DNA of 53,883 bases, counting the filler, from Sphacelaria rigidula (taxonomy: Eukaryota), in the NCBI GenBank assembly GCA_964200075.2. It is 4 parts of 4 records of this genome, joined end to end, with 100 filler letters (N's around TTAATTAATTAA, not from the genome) between each part and the next. Parts side by side here need not be neighbours in the genome. Positions count along the whole stretch, not along the records: positions 40,490 to 53,883 come from CAXNAA020002911.1; 3 more parts are not named here. One strand, 5' to 3'. Shown one piece after another: positions 50,201 to 53,883 of this stretch. The position numbers and the translations under genes are program-made. A model generated the notes under the pieces. It saw only the letters and a program-made list of their open reading frames with translations. It did no database searches and had not been told where the DNA came from. Every line of letters begins with the position of its first letter. Positions within the stretch are counted from its first letter, which is position 1.

Positions 50201-53133
50201 GAGGTGGCCACGGGAATTTCTTCCCGGGGCAATCCCTCCGCAAGCGGAGCACTCATTGTGCTGATAGGCGCAACCACAGCCCCCGGAGTAGCACCACAGT
50301 CACCGGTAACCGCGGTGGCATTATCAGTCCTTTTGTTCTCTTCTTGAGAGAGTTCCGAAGTCATCTTTGTACCGACCTCAGCAACATCACCATCATTGCC
50401 ATCATCCATCTCGTTTGTCACCACGTTTTCCTTCTCCGGGCTTTTCGTGCTCTCCGACCCCACAACCTCAGGCGTTTCGAGCTCCATGGCATCCTGCACT
50501 CCATCTCTCTTGTGGGATTGCCGCGCCATCACGGCCAACCCTTCCTTCTCTCCCTCTACATTACGAACTTTACTCATGGCGCCACTCTCGCCTGCGCTGC
50601 CTACGTGTGCTTCACCATCACCATCACCACCACAAACACCACCCGCCGGAACTCCGTCCAACTTAACCTGAGACTTCACAGCATCTCTCGCCACCTCAGA
50701 AGTCGCCACGTCATGAACGCCTGCTGCTGCCGCCGCCGTCGCTACTGGTGACGCTGCCGGGGCGACACTCTTGCTCTCTTCGTCACTGGCGGTGGTGGTA
50801 ACGCTTTGAAGCTTCACCCCAGACACGGTCGTTGCAGCCGACAACACGTCAGGATTTGCCGGTGCAGCGGTACTTGATGTAGCCTGCGGTGAATTGTGAG
50901 GGCTTGCTTTTGAGACACTTGCTGTTGAGTCACCTGCCGTCGTCAGTGGCGACAATCCTTCCGGCTTCGCTGCAGCCTCTTTTGCTGCATCCGGCGGTAA
51001 GTCTTGGGGAGTGCATGTGGCGGGACTCGGTGTAGTCCTTGGCGGCGATTCTTGAGGCTTTGCTTCCGATAAAGTCGTTGCCGCCGATACCAACGTCTCG
51101 GGATTTGTCAGTGCGACGGTGCTTGTTGGAGCCGGCAAAGATCCTCCAAGTTTTGCATCAAACTCACTCGCAGCAGTCGATACCAACAGGTCGGGAGTGT
51201 CAATATCAACATTCGTTTTAGCCGGCAGTGATTCTTCGGGGATTGCTGTCGAGACACTCGTTGCAGTCGATGGCAGCAACCCTTCGGGCTTCGCGTCCGA
51301 TCCATTCGCCGCAGTCGACACCAACGCGTCGGGAGTTGCCGATGCGGCACTCATTGCAAGTGAGGACAAGTGTTGGGGGCTTGCTGTCGAGGCACTTGTC
51401 GCAGTCGACGACGGCAGTCCTCCCGACTTCGGTTCCGACCCACTTTTTGCAGTCGACACTAACGAGTCGGGATCTACCAGGGTGGAGGTATTGGTTGTAC
51501 TCGATGGCGACGATCCGCCAGGCTCTGCTTGCGCCCCACTTGCTGCATCCAGCAACCTCTCGGGATCTGCCGATGCGGCATTCATCTTAGTCGTCTTCGA
51601 TGCTTGGATGCTTGCATTTGAGACGTTGGTAGGTGGCGTCGGGGATCCTTCGGGCTTTGCGTCCGACTCACTCATTGCTGCCACGGGTGATCCCTGGGGA
51701 CATGCTGCCGAGACACAATTTGTAGTCGGTGGCGGTAATCCTTCCGGCTTCGCTTTCGACCGGCTAGTTGCAACCGACACCGACCCGTCGGAATTTTTCA
51801 ACGCATTGCTTTCCATAGCCGGCGGTGATCCTAGGGGGGTCGCTGCGGATACATTATTTGTAGTCGGTGGCGGCGACCCTTCGGGCTTCGCTTCCGATGC
51901 ACTCATTGACGTCGGCACCAACGCGTCAGCGTTTGTTTTAGTTGCCTTTGATGCTTGGTCGCTTGCTATCGAGGCACTCGTTGAAGTCGGTAGCGGCAGT
52001 CCTTCAGGTTTTGCGATGGACCCGCTCGTTGAAGCTGGTGGCGATCCTTGGGGGCTAACGTCTGAGACACCTGTTGAAGTTGTTGGCGACAATCCTTCGG
52101 GCTTTGCTTGCAATCCACTTCCTGTGCGTGGTGCCGGCACAGGTTCGCTGGCGGTGCCAGCAACGTCAGCATCGACGCCCGGCGGCGCCGGCAAGCCCTG
52201 CCCTGTTGTCGCCGAAGTGGCACTGACGGTATGTGTCGCTGATGCTATCTCGGTAGTTTTCGTTGAACCCGACGCCATCTCGGCGGTGGTAGCACTGGTT
52301 GGTGCAGCTGCTGGTGAGGCTGGGTCGACGGTTGCAGCGTTGGGGAGAGCCGTTGTTGTTGCTGTTGTGTCGGCAGATGCTGCTGCGGTCGGTTTGGTGA
52401 CGGTCCGTTCTGCTGCATCAACAGCAGGCGCGGCCACCTCATTGTCCACCTTTGCCGGATTGTTGTCCTGCGTCGAAGGGGCTGCTACTGGCGGGGCCGA
52501 AGGACGAGACCCCGCCAACGCTGTGGGCCGGGTTGGGCGAACCTTGTCCGTTTCTTTGCTGGTTGAAGGGTCGGTGATCGCAACAACGTCAGCAGCAGCA
52601 GCGGAAGAAGTGGAAGGAGCACTAGCGGAAGAACTTCCAGGGGTGACCGAGATTTGGTCACGGCCAACCTCCTGGTGTCTCGAACCGCCTCCGCTGGAAA
52701 TTGTCGGAGCCTCACCAGTACCCGCGTCGAGCTGTTCAGGATCACGACCGGTCCCTCGATTCGCAGAAGCACCAACAGCTGAGCCGTCTTCTCTCACTGC
52801 CGCACCGGAAGACGACTGTGGAGTTGGGGTGGCCCTAGAGGCGTGTGTATCTGTCGGCGGTCTTTGTGAAGGTTTGGCAGGAGCAAGAGGTGCAGCTTCT
52901 TTTGGTAACAAAGCTGATGGTGGCGCCAGCGGAGGTGACGCTGCTGTCGTCATGAAGGCTGTTCGCTTTCGTTCTTCTTGTTGCTTCTGCTGCTGCTGCT
53001 TCTGCTGGAGCAGACGCTTTTTCTTTTGCATCTTCGTTTCCAGCAGGTGCTGCTGCTGCTGCTTGTACGCCTCCCTCTCGCGGCGGTTCCATTCCTCGAC
53101 TTCTTCACGGGACATCGAAACTCCGCCCACCAC
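47265..53133 (-). CDS. Giant 5,869-nt exon, Ala/Ser/Thr/Pro-rich with two tandem repeat arrays; probably part of the SET gene
   Basis: Uninterrupted ~1,956-codon frame; CTAAC branch point and gggcag|GTG acceptor; GAAG|gtgagt donor. Confidence 0.85.
47290..49960 (-). repeat. Coding tandem array of about 22 x ~40-43 aa (SSPDGSGAGEDAAAPTATDVxxPTVAPxVP...)
   Basis: Counted in the translation; near-identical 120-nt units around 49170-49560. Confidence 0.9.
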
Positions 53134-53346
53134 CTGCCCATGCCGATCATACATTCATCCAGCGTTAGGGACGTGGAGACGATGGTATGTGCACCCTGAA
53201 GGAAATGTGCAATACACATCTCTGCAGTAGGCACTCCGCGGAGAAAACACAGTCAACTTCGTTGTAATGAGAGCATAGGGCTATCTCGACGGCCACACTC
53301 CGACATCTCCGATTCTGTAGGGCATGATCGACCTGCATCATAGACC

Positions 53347-53347
<1 letters not shown>

Positions 53348-53396
<49 letters not shown>
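53348..53396. repeat. (TG)n microsatellite
   Basis: Direct reading. Confidence 0.95.
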
Positions 53397-53402
<6 letters not shown>

Positions 53403-53823
53403 CACTTGAAATCCCAAAAATGCTTTGGGCCGAGCCGCTGACTTTCGGCAGTAGAACACTCGCCCTGAAAGCAAGTTTTTCGTTTAGACAAACCGGTCCT
53501 TGTCCAAAAATCACAACTATTTCACGGTAAGCACGCGACAAAAAAGAACAAATAATGATTTAATCGAACATTGTTTCGTCTCACGGCCAACATTGCAGCC
53601 CAACAGTTGGCGAAACGTCGCACAGAAAAAAAGACACGCTGCGGACAAATTACGCGGCCAGCAAACGCCTCATCATATCCTTCACATTGTTCGGGACTCA
53701 AACAAGGGAAACTCTCAAGACAAAGGTATTTGTTCTCTTTCATGCGAGAAGCCCCTTCCACGATCTGTGTTTCTCTCTGTAAAAAAACGGCGGTTTCAAC
53801 TCTGAAACATGTACGAATAATCC

Positions 53824-53883
53824 GGGGGGGGGGGTGTACTCATGATCATGCTTGCCATAGTCATCAGACCATTGACCTCGCAT
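53824..53883 (-). mobile_element. Family A-related 3' end with C-run (cut by the window edge)
   Basis: Reverse complement reads ATGCGAGGTCAATGGTCTGATGACTATGGCAAGCATGATCATGAGTACACCCCCCCCCCCC. Confidence 0.75.

Noticed and set aside
47450-53230. Long + strand ORFs (568, 314 and 703 aa)
   Set aside because: Antisense shadows of the GC-rich repetitive minus-strand exon.

Overview
Eukaryotic, intron-rich, repeat-laden draft scaffold. Composition, splice signals and repeat style suggest a brown alga (Phaeophyceae); this is an inference. There are three 100-nt N/TTAATTAATTAA assembly linkers. Four spliced genes can be reconstructed. (1) A + strand proline-rich/coiled-coil protein with an FxxDGxFL motif. 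(2) A + strand protein with five copies of an unnamed helical module and a probable GC-AG intron. (3) A + strand multi-OB-fold protein that resembles Shieldin subunit 2 (SHLD2/FAM35A). (4) The 3' part of a - strand SUV39/SETDB1-type SET methyltransferase, whose SET-C half is preceded by about 2,050 aa of low-complexity, tandem-repeat-rich sequence (possible giant bifurcated SET). Mobile DNA comprises a degenerate Ty1/copia lacking RT, several foldback MITEs, a second dispersed repeat family, and a non-LTR family whose copies end about 4 nt after the ORF stop and sit in C-runs with target-site duplications. No CRISPR array, rRNA or intact tRNA was seen. All homology calls are from motif recall, not database searches.
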